64,000 bases of DNA from Octopus bimaculoides (taxonomy: Eukaryota): positions 8,489,900 through 8,553,899 of the forward strand of contig NC_069009.1 in assembly GCF_001194135.2 (NCBI RefSeq), given 5' to 3'. This document shows positions 48,942-59,456 of this stretch, in pieces. A model generated the notes under the pieces. The model made no database searches. It was not told where the DNA came from and saw only the letters and a list, made by a program, of their open reading frames with translations. Made by a program: the position numbers and the translations under genes. The stretch's first letter is position 1. Every line of letters starts with the position of its first letter.

Positions 48942-49773
48942 CAGGGTGCGATGGTTAAAATGTCACCATTTTATATTTTTAATTTCATGCATGTGCATTG
49001 ATTGCTTTTGATTTTGTTGACTACACAGTATAGTAGGGTCAGGACCATGGTGCAATTCACTCTGCCAGAAATTTGGAAAGAACATGCTGTACTGCATAGC
49101 ATTAAATCCAATACGGACATTTCAGAGTGTTTGAGTGTCAATCTGAGGACAGTGCAGTGTACCAAGAGTGATAAAGATCAAACATCCAGTCACCATCATG
49201 GTGTTTGGAGTGATCACTAGTGAGGGCAACATTATGCCTCCATTCATCTTCCCACATGGCCTCAGACTCAACACGGATGTCTATATCAAGCACCTGGGGG
49301 AGGTAGTGCTACCCTTAGTCAAGAGGGTGGCTGTTGGAAGACCCTATGTCTGGCAACAGAACTCTGCACTATGCCACACATGCAGGAGAACCCTGTCATG
49401 GCTGTCAGACAATTTCTGCAACCACATCACCCCTAACATCTGGCCACCTAACTCCCTAGACTTCAACCCCCTCAATTATTTTGTGTGGGGCACAGCTGAA
49501 TGAGAGACCAACAAAACTCCTTGTAACACCAAAGATGAACTGAAGGCAATGGTTATGGCAGCATTCACCAACTTAAACAAGGAGACCATCCAGAAGAGTT
49601 GCAGGAGATTCCAAAGTCGTCTGGAGGCCATGGTTGAAGCCAATGGCGATTTTATTGAATAAATTTACTCTTTAGTATTTCAAGATATTTTTATGTAAGT
49701 TTGGTAAATATACCTGTTAAAAAGAGATGTCAGTGTTATTTTCATTTTTGTGTAATTGATTCACTGCACCCTG
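48942..49773 (+). mobile_element. Internally deleted Tc1/mariner-superfamily transposon (possibly maT/DD37D-like)
   Basis: TA|CAGGGTGC...GCACCCTG|TA; IMVFGVITSEG...YVWQQNSALCHT...WPPNSLDFNPLNYFVWG. Confidence 0.88.
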
Positions 49774-51749
49774 TATTTATCTGTCTGTGTTTATGTTCCT
49801 GTAACTTAGCAGTTTGGCAAAAGAGACTGATAGTACTTACTTTAGTACTAGGCTTACAAAGAATAAGTCATGGGGTCAATTTCTTCAAGTAAAACCCTTC
49901 AAGGCAGTGCTCCAGCATGGCTCTGCAGTCAAATGACTGAAACAAGTAAAAGAATAAAAGTTCTTGTATGCTTGTCTTTGTACATATCAACAGTTCATTG
50001 GTTTCCTTTACATGAAAACTGAACTGTCATCCATTTTGCCACCAACAGGACCAGTTGTAAATCATTATAAGCTGTTAATACCTTCCATAACTTTGCCATT
50101 ACATTCTTTGCTGAGACCTCGTTTCTTGATACAAGAATCCTTAACTAGAACAAAAGAGACTACCCACTGAAACGAAGTCTCTCTAAAGTTGTCTCTCACC
50201 AAGTAGCAGTAAGCAGCCATTGATTCCATCACCAGTTGGTAACAAACCTTGCTTAAAAACTTTGATAGCCCTGTCACTTAGAAAATTAGCAGCCAAGCAT
50301 TCAGGAGGCTAATGAGATGCTGTGTAAAACTGTTAATATGAATATAAACTTTATGCAATATGAGTGCTCTTTTCTTCTATTTGTATATCTGTCTGTGTGT
50401 CTGTTCATCTGTTCTGGCATTGTTTTTCTAATCACTGGTGGGGAGATGAGTTGGTGCTATCTCTAGTGGTCGAGCGTCCATCTTTGACAAAACCAAGGAG
50501 AGTGATCTGGTGATCATCACACTGGAGGTGACAGGGATTTATCTCCCTGCTAGCAATATAAACAGGAATGCATTTGCACCAAAAGCCAATATAAGAGTTT
50601 CTCACATGATATCTACTGCAGTAAAATTTATTCTAACAGAACATCCACATTTAAATGGAGATAAATATTACCTATCGGTATTGACTCTGCATCTGTTGCT
50701 AATACATATATCTTAACAGCCTCACTGGCTAATCGCGACACCAGCACCTGTTCTAGCACTGTTTTTCTATTTATATTGCTGGCGAGGAGATGAGTCACTG
50801 CTACTCTAGTGACTCACCCCAGAAAGGGAGATAAATCCCTGCTGGTGTCAGGCAGTGATTTATCTCCCTGCTAGCAATTCAAAAACTACCACAGCATAGT
50901 TTATTCTGACAGAACATCCAGGTTTGAGTGAGGATAAATATTATCTCTCGATATTAATACTGTCTCTGTCGCTAATATCTCTCTTTCTCTCTCTCTCTCT
51001 CACACACACTATCTATCTATCTCTCATTGTGTGTGATAAGATGTGTTATGTTAATAACACCTTCATCTTTTCCACTCACCAAAGTGAATGGAGCTTTGGC
51101 CAGGAGGAACTGATGTTATCAGACAGTGCCCACAGTTCATCGGGTGTTTTGACCTTGAGCTGTAACACCCTCCTTTGGTGGGTCAGCAGAGGTGGCCAAA
51201 TCACTGCTCTTCATCTCCTCCTGGCTTCCAGCTTAACTCCTCTGGCAAGCAACTCTTTCAGCTGCTTTTCCCAGTAACAATATTGCCGTACTGCAACTCT
51301 TTCAGCTGCTTTTCCCAGTCAGCATGGTAGACCATGCTGACTGGGAAAAGTTTTACTCTTTTACTTGTTTCAGCCATTTGATTGCAGCCATGCTGGAGCA
51401 ACACCTTAAAGGGTTTTTTGGTCAAACAAATTAACTCCAGGACTTATTTTTTAAAGCCTAGTACTTATTCTATCATCTCTTTTGCAGAGCCACTAAGTTA
51501 TCGGTGTATAAACCGACTGACATTGGTTTGTAAGTTGGACAAACACAGACACAAAGACACACACACACATGGTTAATCCCTATACATTTTTTTTATCTGT
51601 TTTTTTTTTTCCTCTTAATCTTCTCTGTCAGAAAGCATAGGCTCAAAACGTCAATGGCTTTTCCATTCTTTCTGAATGTTAAACTAATACATCTGCTTGT
51701 TGTTCCCTCACCTGTCTTCATCTTTTACCTCCTGTATATTTGAACTATA

Positions 51750-51798
<49 letters not shown>

Positions 51799-52060
51799 NN
51801 NNNNNNNNNNNNNNNNNNNNNNNNNNNNNNNNNNNNNNNNNNNNNNNNNNNNNNNNNNNNNNNNNNNNNNNNNNNNNNNNNNNNNNNNNNNNNNNNNNNN
51901 NNNNNNNNNNNNNNNNNNNNNNNNNNNNNNNNNNNNNNNNNNNNNNNNNNNNNNNNNNNNNNNNNNNNNNNNNNNNNNNNNNNNNNNNNNNNNNNNNNNN
52001 NNNNNNNNNNNNNNNNNNNNNNNNNNNNNNNNNNNNNNNNNNNNNNNNNNNNNNNNNNNN

Positions 52061-52388
52061 CACGCACCATATATTTGGTGTTAATTTGCTTCAGCTTTAT
52101 TTTACATTAATCGTATTTCAGCCAGAGTTCTTTCATCACACTTCTGTGACCTCATCAGTGGTCCTTTGCTTTCTTCTTTCCTATTTGTGTGTTGCTCCTT
52201 ACTAACGATCAGCCATTTTTCATGGCTGAAAAATGGCTGATCGTTAGTAAGGAAAAACACACATATAAGAAAGAAGAAAGCAAAGGACCACTGATGAGGT
52301 CACAGAAGTGTGATGAATGAACTCTGGCTGAAATACGATTAATGTAAAATAAAGCTGAAGCAAATTAACACCAAATATATGGTGCGTG
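52061..52388. repeat. Long near-perfect palindrome (162-bp arms, 4-nt loop)
   Basis: 52061-52222 is the reverse complement of 52227-52388 with 5 mismatches; left arm abuts the gap. Confidence 0.92.
52121..52164 (-). ncRNA. Candidate minimal type I hammerhead ribozyme motif
   Basis: GGACCA CTGATGA G GTCAC-AGAAGT-GTGAT GAAA GAA CTC TGG: core CUGAUGA/GAAA, 5-bp helix II, 2-bp helix III, CUC triplet, only 3-bp helix I. Confidence 0.4.
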
Positions 52389-52567
52389 TGTTTTTATTGG
52401 CTAAACTGGCAACATGACCATCCCCAAGTACAACAATATATATATATGAGAGAGAGAGAGAGAGAATGAGGGAGAGAAGGCAATAAATAGATATGATTCA
52501 TGTTGTGTGTATATTTAGCCACAGTTTGGCTAATGGTGATATTGAAAGCTCTGTCCATCTTTTTCAG

Positions 52568-52624
52568 ACAAAACTTGACCAAGCTGTGGGTTTCAGCAAG
52601 ATAATCAGGTTAATATCTAGCAGT
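52568..52624 (+). CDS. PARN: PARN exon 10 (57 nt, TKLDQAVGFSKIIRLISSS)
   Basis: tttcag|ACAAAA...AGCAGT|gtaagt; AVGFS motif. Confidence 0.95.
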
Positions 52625-53475
52625 GTAAGTATCTACAACAACCATCGTCCATATATCACCACCACCACCACCACTACTACATTGCTACTTCTACCAGCCA
52701 TACATCATCACTAACTCTATTACAACATACATATACTACCACCTCTACCTGCACTATGTCACCACTACTTCTCTAGTGGTGCCATGCTATATTCACCAAT
52801 ACTACCGCCTATACTACCTCTACCACATTTACTTTCTCTACTAGAGTGCTATCATTGTTGGACACAAAGCTACTGGACATGTACACTATACCACTATTAC
52901 TTTTACTGCTACATATACACCACTACTATTGCCTAGACTACATCTACTTTCTCTACTACACTGCAATCATTGTTGGACACATTATATATATGTATGTGCC
53001 TNNNNNNNNNNNNNNNNNNNNNNNNNNNNNNNNNNNNNNNNNNNNNNNNNNNNNNNNNNNNNNNNNNNNNNNNNNNNNNNNNNNNNNNNNNNNNNNNNNN
53101 NNNNNNNNNNNNNNNNNNNNNNNNNNNNNNNNNNNNNNNNNNNNNNNNNNNNNNNNNNNNNNNNNNNNNNNNNNNNNNNNNNNNNNNNNNNNNNNNNNNN
53201 NNNNNNNNNNNNNNNNNNNNNNNNNNNNNNNNNNNNNNNNNNNNNNNNNNNNNNNNNNNNNNNNNNNNNNNNNNNNNNNNNNNNNNNNNNNNNNNNNNNN
53301 NNNNNNNNNNNNNNNNNNNNNNNNNNNNNNNNNNNNNNNNNNNNNNNNNNNNNNNNNNNNNNNNNNNNNNNNNNNNNNNNNNNNNNNNNNNNNNNNNNNN
53401 NNNNNNNNNNNNNNNNNNNNNNNNNNNNNNNNNNNNNNNNNNNNNNNNNNNNNNNNNNNNNNNNNNNNNNNNNNN

Positions 53476-53516
<41 letters not shown>

Positions 53517-53651
53517 TATATATATTTTGGACCTGTACCTGTTGTTGGGGGGACACACACATATATATATATATGCTATGCTGCTGCCACTACCCTTACT
53601 ACCACACATACAACTACCCATGCTTCATCTCTCACTTTCTCTCTCACCCAG

Positions 53652-53729
53652 GGCACTGTCGTTGTTGGACACAACATGTTACTGGACATCATTCATATTC
53701 TACACCAATTCCATTCTCCTCTGCCACAG
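53652..53729 (+). CDS. PARN: PARN exon 11 (78 nt, GTVVVGHNMLLDIIHILHQFHSPLPQ; third DEDD aspartate)
   Basis: acccag|GGCACT...CCACAG|gtcagt; GHNMLLD motif; not recovered in frame by the ORF track. Confidence 0.96.
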
Positions 53730-55244
53730 GTCAGTATTATTGTTTTTTTCTTTCATTGCTTTGTGGCCATCCTGGGATACACACCATCTTCAAGGGACAA
53801 AAGTGATGTGACTTTTAGTTGCCCATATTGACAACAATCACAACACTCCTTCCATGGACTTCTTTAGTCCTTTGTATTGATTGCTCTTCTAATGAACAGC
53901 TAGGTTTACCTACTGAGTGAGTTAATGTCTGTTTAAAGTTCCTCCATTGTAACAGAGTAAAAACTCAGAGAATTTATTCATACAAGTGAACCCCAACACA
54001 TTCATGTCCATGAACCAATACTGGCACTCTGTTGGTCACAACAAAGAGGGTTCCACTCGATCTGATCAATGGAACAGTCTGCTTTTGAAGTTAATGTGCA
54101 AGTGGCTGAACACTCCACAGAAATGTGTATCCTTAATGTAATTCTCAGGGAGATTCAGCATGACATAGAGTGTAACAAGGCTGGCCCTTTGAAATATGGG
54201 TACTACTCACTTTTGCTAGCTGAGTGGACTGGAGCAATGTGAAATACAGTGTCTTGCTCAGGGACACAACATGTTGCTGGAAATTGAACTCATGACTTTA
54301 CGATTGTAAGCCAAATACCCTAACCACTAAGCCATGTGCTTTCCACATGAGAGAGGTTACATGTGGTCAGTTGCTATTCAGTTGGCAAAAATGAGTAATC
54401 CTGCAACAGACCAACATCACATTCAGGGAGGAATATATCATCATCACCATTATTTAATATGTCTGCCTTCCATGCTGGCATGGGTTGGACAGTTTGACAG
54501 GTGCCAGTCAAGCAGAAGATTACACCAGACTTCTGTGTCTGTTTTTATGGCTGGATACCCTTCCTAACACCAACCACCCCACAGAGCGGACAGTTCTTTT
54601 TACATGACACAAGCTCAGGTGAGGTCAGTTTTGGCATGGTTTTGATGGCTGGATGCCCTTCCAAATACCAGCCACCCTGCAAAGTGGACTGAGTGCTTTT
54701 TATGTGGCACCAGCACAGGTGAGNNNNNNNNNNTCCAAATACCAGCCACCCTGCAAAGTGGACTGAGTGCTTTTTATGTGGCACCAGCACAGGTGAGGTC
54801 AGTTTTGGCATGGTTTTGATGGCTGGATGCCCTTCCAAATGCTAATCACTTCACATTGTAGACTGGATGCTTTTTATGTGGCATATATATGCACCACAGG
54901 AACTGGGAAACCAGCTCTATGAGTCTATATGACTCTGGGAGTATCATGATCCTTTATCCTGCAAGAAATAGTTAGTCAAACCAACTTTAAATCACAATAT
55001 CACTGCTTGCTTCACCATCTCAAATGAGGATGACTTCATTGTATAGAAATATGAATGGATGGGTTGAAGAGGCACACTAAAGCAACATCACACCTTTTCA
55101 CCAGATACTCTTCCTGCCTCTGACTGTCACCTATTTCCAACTTAGGTAATATTTTCCTATGGCTGGACATATTTTCATGAATGATTAGAAATGACAGTGA
55201 AACTCATTTACGACAATTGCATGATGTCAAAGCAAGAAGACAAA

Positions 55245-55286
<42 letters not shown>

Positions 55287-55364
55287 AGACTTTCAGCTTC
55301 CATATATCAAATCCACTTCATCTGTGTGTGTGTGTGAGTGCAATTATAGTGAAAGCACATTGCT

Positions 55365-55985
55365 TAGTGGTTAGTGTACTTCACTGACAATCATAAGGTT
55401 GTAAGTTCAATTCCCAGTGACGTGTTGTGCCCTTGAACAAGACACTTTATTTCACATTGCTCCAGTCCACTCAGCTAGCAAAAATGAGTTGTGTCTGTGT
55501 CACGCTGAATCTCCCTCAGAACTACATTAAGGGTACACATGTCTGTGGAGTGCTCAGCCACTTGCACGTTAATTTCACAAGCAGGCTGTTCCATTGACTG
55601 GATCAACTGGAACCCTCATTGTCATTGTGTGTGTGTGTGTGTGTGTAAGTATATGTATAGTAAAGACGTATTGCTTAGTGGTTAGGGCACTCCACTGACA
55701 ATTCTAAGGCCGTGAGTTCAATTCCCTGCAGTGCATTGTGTCCTTGAGCAAGACACTTTATTTCACATTGCTCCATTCCACTCAGCTGGCAAAAATGAGT
55801 TGTACCTGTAATTCAAAAGGGCCAGCTTTTATGCATTCTGTGCCATGCTGAATCCCCCTGAGAACTACATTAACTGTACCCATGTCTGTGGAGTGCTCAA
55901 CCATTTGCGTGGTAATTTTCACGAGAAGGCTGTTCTGTTGATAAGATCAACTGGAAGCCTCATTGTTGTAATTGACTGAGTGCCA
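55365..55985 (+). mobile_element. Two tandem tRNA-derived SINEs (family E, GTGTCCTTGAGCAAGACAC...CAAAAATGAGT)
   Basis: Heads GCTTAGTGGTTAG...GTTCAATTCCC near 55365 and 55670; other copies at 16030-16280, 48050-48400 (-), 54020-54340 (-), 57012-57230 (-), 60040-60325. Confidence 0.8.
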
Positions 55986-56040
55986 TATATATATATAAGT
56001 ACATAATTATTTGTTTGTGAGCTCTCATGATGGAGATGTA

Positions 56041-57012
56041 TCAGGTCATCCCATAAGTTCTGTCCGATTTTACCTTTTGTAAAATTGAATGAAATTTAAT
56101 AGTATTTTAGAATGTCTAATGAAATTAAAAATTATTTATATGCATTTGTGTACATTCTAACTAATTAGATATTATTTTGCAGAATAATAGAATTAACATT
56201 TCTTTGATTAAAATTCTTTCTAACATGGAAAGAGCATTTGAGGCACATAATACTTTATGAGTACAAAAAAGGAAACTCTGCAGCCAAAGCGACTCGAAAC
56301 ATACGCTCAGTTTACGGGAAAGAATGCTTGAATGAAAGAACTTGCAGAAGATGGTTTGCAAAATTCAGAAGTGGAGATTTCAGCCTTGAAGATAAAGATC
56401 GAACAGAACGTCCAGTTGAGTTTGATGATAAGCTCCTTGAGGCATTATTTGNNNNNNNNNNNNNNNNNNNNNNNNNNNNNNNNNNNNNNNNNNNNNNNNN
56501 NNNNNNNNNNNNNNNNNNNNNNNNNNNNNNNNNNNNNNNNNNNNNNNNNNNNNNNNNNNNNNNNNNNNNNNNNNNNNNNNNNNNNNNNNNNNNNNNNNNN
56601 NNNNNNNNNNNNNNNNNNNNNNNNNNNNNNNNNNNNNNNNNNNNNNNNNNNNNNNNNNNNNNNNNNNNNNNNNNNNNNNNNNNNNNNNNNNNNNNNNNNN
56701 NNNNNNNNNNNNNNNNNNNNNNNNNNNNNNNNNNNNNNNNNNNNNNNNNNNNNNNNNNNNNNNNNNNNNNNNNNNNNNNNNNNNNNNNNNNNNNNNNNNN
56801 NNNNNNNNNNNGCGAACTCATTTCACCATTTTTGGATAGACTTGTGACTGGTGATGAAAAATGGATCTTCTATAGAAATGTTAAATGTTGTAAACAGTGG
56901 CTTGGTAAAAGGGAAAAAGCTCAACCACAACAGAGAAGAGAACTTCATGGGAAAAAAATTCTCTCTATCTGGTGGGATTGCAAAGGAGTAATTCATTTTG
57001 AATTGTTACCAC
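56041..57012 (+). mobile_element. Mariner (Mos1/SETMAR-like) transposon, 3'-truncated, gapped
   Basis: TA|TCAGGTCATCCCATAAG terminus; HTH region RHIILYEYKKGNSAAKATRNI...CRRWFAKFRSGDFSLED; VTGDEKW; SIWWDCKGVIHFELL. Confidence 0.92.
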
Positions 57013-57410
57013 CTCTTTCCACACCACCAATGGCATCCAAGGGAAAGGCAAAGGCCAATACAGTTTGGCACCAGTGATGTCGCAACTCATTTCTACAATT
57101 GAGTGAACTGGAGCAACGTGAAATAAAGTGTCTTGCTCAAGAACACAACACACAGCCCAGTCGGGGAATCGAACTCACTACCTCATAAGTGTGATCCTGA
57201 TGCTCTAACCACTGGGCCATGTACCTTCACGTACTCATTGCCTGTATAGCCACTAAGTTTAGCAGTACAACATTATTGGATGGACCAATTTTACATATTG
57301 AACACATTCCTGGCAGCTAGGCAGAAACGGAATTAATTCTGTAACAAAACCCTTGATAGAACACACACATGCACACATGCATCTCTAACCCCTTTTTGTC
57401 TCTCTTACAG

Positions 57411-57497
57411 GAATATGAAGAGTTTAAGGGTTTCTTACATTCGCAGTTTCCCAACTTGATCGACACAAAACTCATGGCAAGCACCAGTCCATTCAGA
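57411..57497 (+). CDS. PARN: PARN exon 12 (87 nt, EYEEFKGFLHSQFPNLIDTKLMASTSPFR)
   Basis: ttacag|GAATAT...TTCAGA|gtgagt; FPxLxDTKLMAST motif. Confidence 0.96.
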
Positions 57498-58044
57498 GTG
57501 AGTATTTGGTGTGTGTGTGTGGTGGTTATTGGGAATGTATGTGTGTGATAGTGTATGTAGAAGATTGCATGTTATGTAGAATGTATAATGGTGTATTGTG
57601 GTGTACAGAGAGAACTGTGTGCAGTATGTATAATATGATGTTGTACAACAGAGTATATAGTGGATTGTATGCAATGTATAACGTGTGTGATGGTGTGTGG
57701 AAGTGTATATAGAGGAGAATTTTTTTAACAAACTCACTCGGTAAGTGGGGATAAACATTATCTCTTGATATTAACATTGTCTCTGTTACTGATAAATATA
57801 TTTAACAAACTCACTGAGGACACCAAGCACATGTTAAGGCACTGTTTTTCTGTGTATCACTGGCGAGGAGTCACTGCTATCTTTAGCAGTTGAGCAACCA
57901 TCATTGACAAGATCAAGGATGGACTAAATCATGTGATCTGCCACTGGAGATGGTAGGAATTAATCTCCCTACCAACAACATAAACAAGAGGGCATTTTAC
58001 ACCAAAAGGCCAATATGAGAATTTCTCTCATGGTATCTACTGTA

Positions 58045-58171
58045 CAGGGTCTCCACAAAGTCTGGGTACATGCCAATTAACACATACTTTAAGAAATTAT
58101 TATTTCTTATATTTAATTGTTTATGTTATGATTTTATTTACTTCATGTACCCAAACTTTGTGGACACCCTG
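58045..58171. mobile_element. 127-bp Tc1/mariner-type MITE nested in family C repeat
   Basis: TA|CAGGGTCTCCACAAAGTCTGGGTACATG...CATGTACCCAAACTTTGTGGACACCCTG|TA. Confidence 0.9.
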
Positions 58172-58410
58172 TAGTATAGTTTGTTCTGACAGAGCATCCA
58201 TGTTTAAGGGGTCAAAAATAGAGCAGAGTATATTATTTCCCCTCTTGAAGATCTTTGAAAACCTCTGAAGCATTAATAAGTTCTATCTTTTGATATGGAG
58301 AAGGAATGATATCATTTTATGGTGGAAAGTGTTAATTAGTCTATGATTTGATGCCTAAAGCCCCATTTCTCACCTGCTGCCCGTCTCATTCTTTTGCCTG
58401 TTGTATCCAG

Positions 58411-58486
58411 GAGTTAGTCTCTAGCAGTTCTCTGGGTGACTTGCTCAACATTCTACAGACGAAACCCTTCAAAACTGTGGAATATT
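58411..58486 (+). CDS. PARN: PARN exon 13 (76 nt, ELVSSSSLGDLLNILQTKPFKTVEY)
   Basis: atccag|GAGTTA...AATATT|gtaagt; phases 0/1 fit the neighbouring exons; SL..L...L...PF pattern. Confidence 0.92.
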
Positions 58487-58804
58487 GTAAGTATTCACCA
58501 CTTCCTACCCACCTCTATTGTTGTAATCTTCATTGCAATCATCATCATCATTAATTAGTTATTGTAATCATCAATCATCACCATTGTCATCATCATCATC
58601 ATCAATCATCACCATTGCCATCATCATCATCACTTAGCAGCATTTCATTCATCTTTATGTTTCTGAGTTCAAATTCCACTGAGGTTGACTTTCCCTTTCA
58701 TTCTTTCAGGGTTGATAAAATAAGTACCAGTTAAGTATTGGGGTCGATGTTATTGATAAACTCCCATTCCTCAAAACTCAGGCCTTGTACCTATAGCAGA
58801 AAGG

Positions 58805-58805
<1 letters not shown>

Positions 58806-58858
<53 letters not shown>

Positions 58859-59076
58859 TGCAAGGCTGTGATCTGGCAGAATTGCTAATTTGCTGGATGA
58901 AATGATTCGTGGTATTTCACCCATCTTCACGTTCTGAGTTTGAATTCCGCCAAGGTTGACTTTGCCTTTCATCCTTTCGGGGGTCGATAAATTATATACC
59001 AGTTGAGTGCTGGGGTTGATGTAATTGACTCGTCCCCTCCCCACAAATTTCAGGCCTTGTACCTTTAGTAGAAAGG

Positions 59077-59118
<42 letters not shown>
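58806..59118. repeat. (ATT)n microsatellites as SINE tails
   Basis: Runs at about 58806-58858 and 59078-59118 ending two tandem Deu/Nin-like SINEs. Confidence 0.9.
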
Positions 59119-59248
59119 GAGCTGATATATTTAGTAACCTATTTGTCCAATTGAGAAACAAAATACATCTTTAAGTACACAACTACCACCTCTCATGCTC
59201 ATGTACAGCCACATACTTAAACATAAACTGACTTGCAACTATACATTG

Positions 59249-59290
<42 letters not shown>

Positions 59291-59345
59291 ACAAACATAA
59301 GCACTTACTCGCCCTGACTTTTGCTGACCTCTCCTCTATTTTCAG

Positions 59346-59456
59346 CCATACCAGAAGAGTTCCCAAAATATGATTTGGAAAACCAACAACTTCACGAGGC
59401 TGGCTATGATGCCTTCATCACTGGGCTATGTTTCATAGGAATGGCAAACTACCTGG
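59346..59456 (+). CDS. PARN: PARN exon 14 (111 nt, [36 protein letters not shown]; catalytic His and fourth Asp)
   Basis: tttcag|CCATAC...ACCTGG|gtaagt; LHEAGYDA motif. Confidence 0.97.

Noticed and set aside
54031-54042. GTTGGTCACAAC (VGHN) as a candidate PARN exon
   Set aside because: Part of a family E SINE, not followed by MLLD; the true exon is 53652-53729
54660-54797. 64-bp direct repeat around a 10-N gap
   Set aside because: Identical copies abutting a minimal gap, so probably a scaffolding overlap
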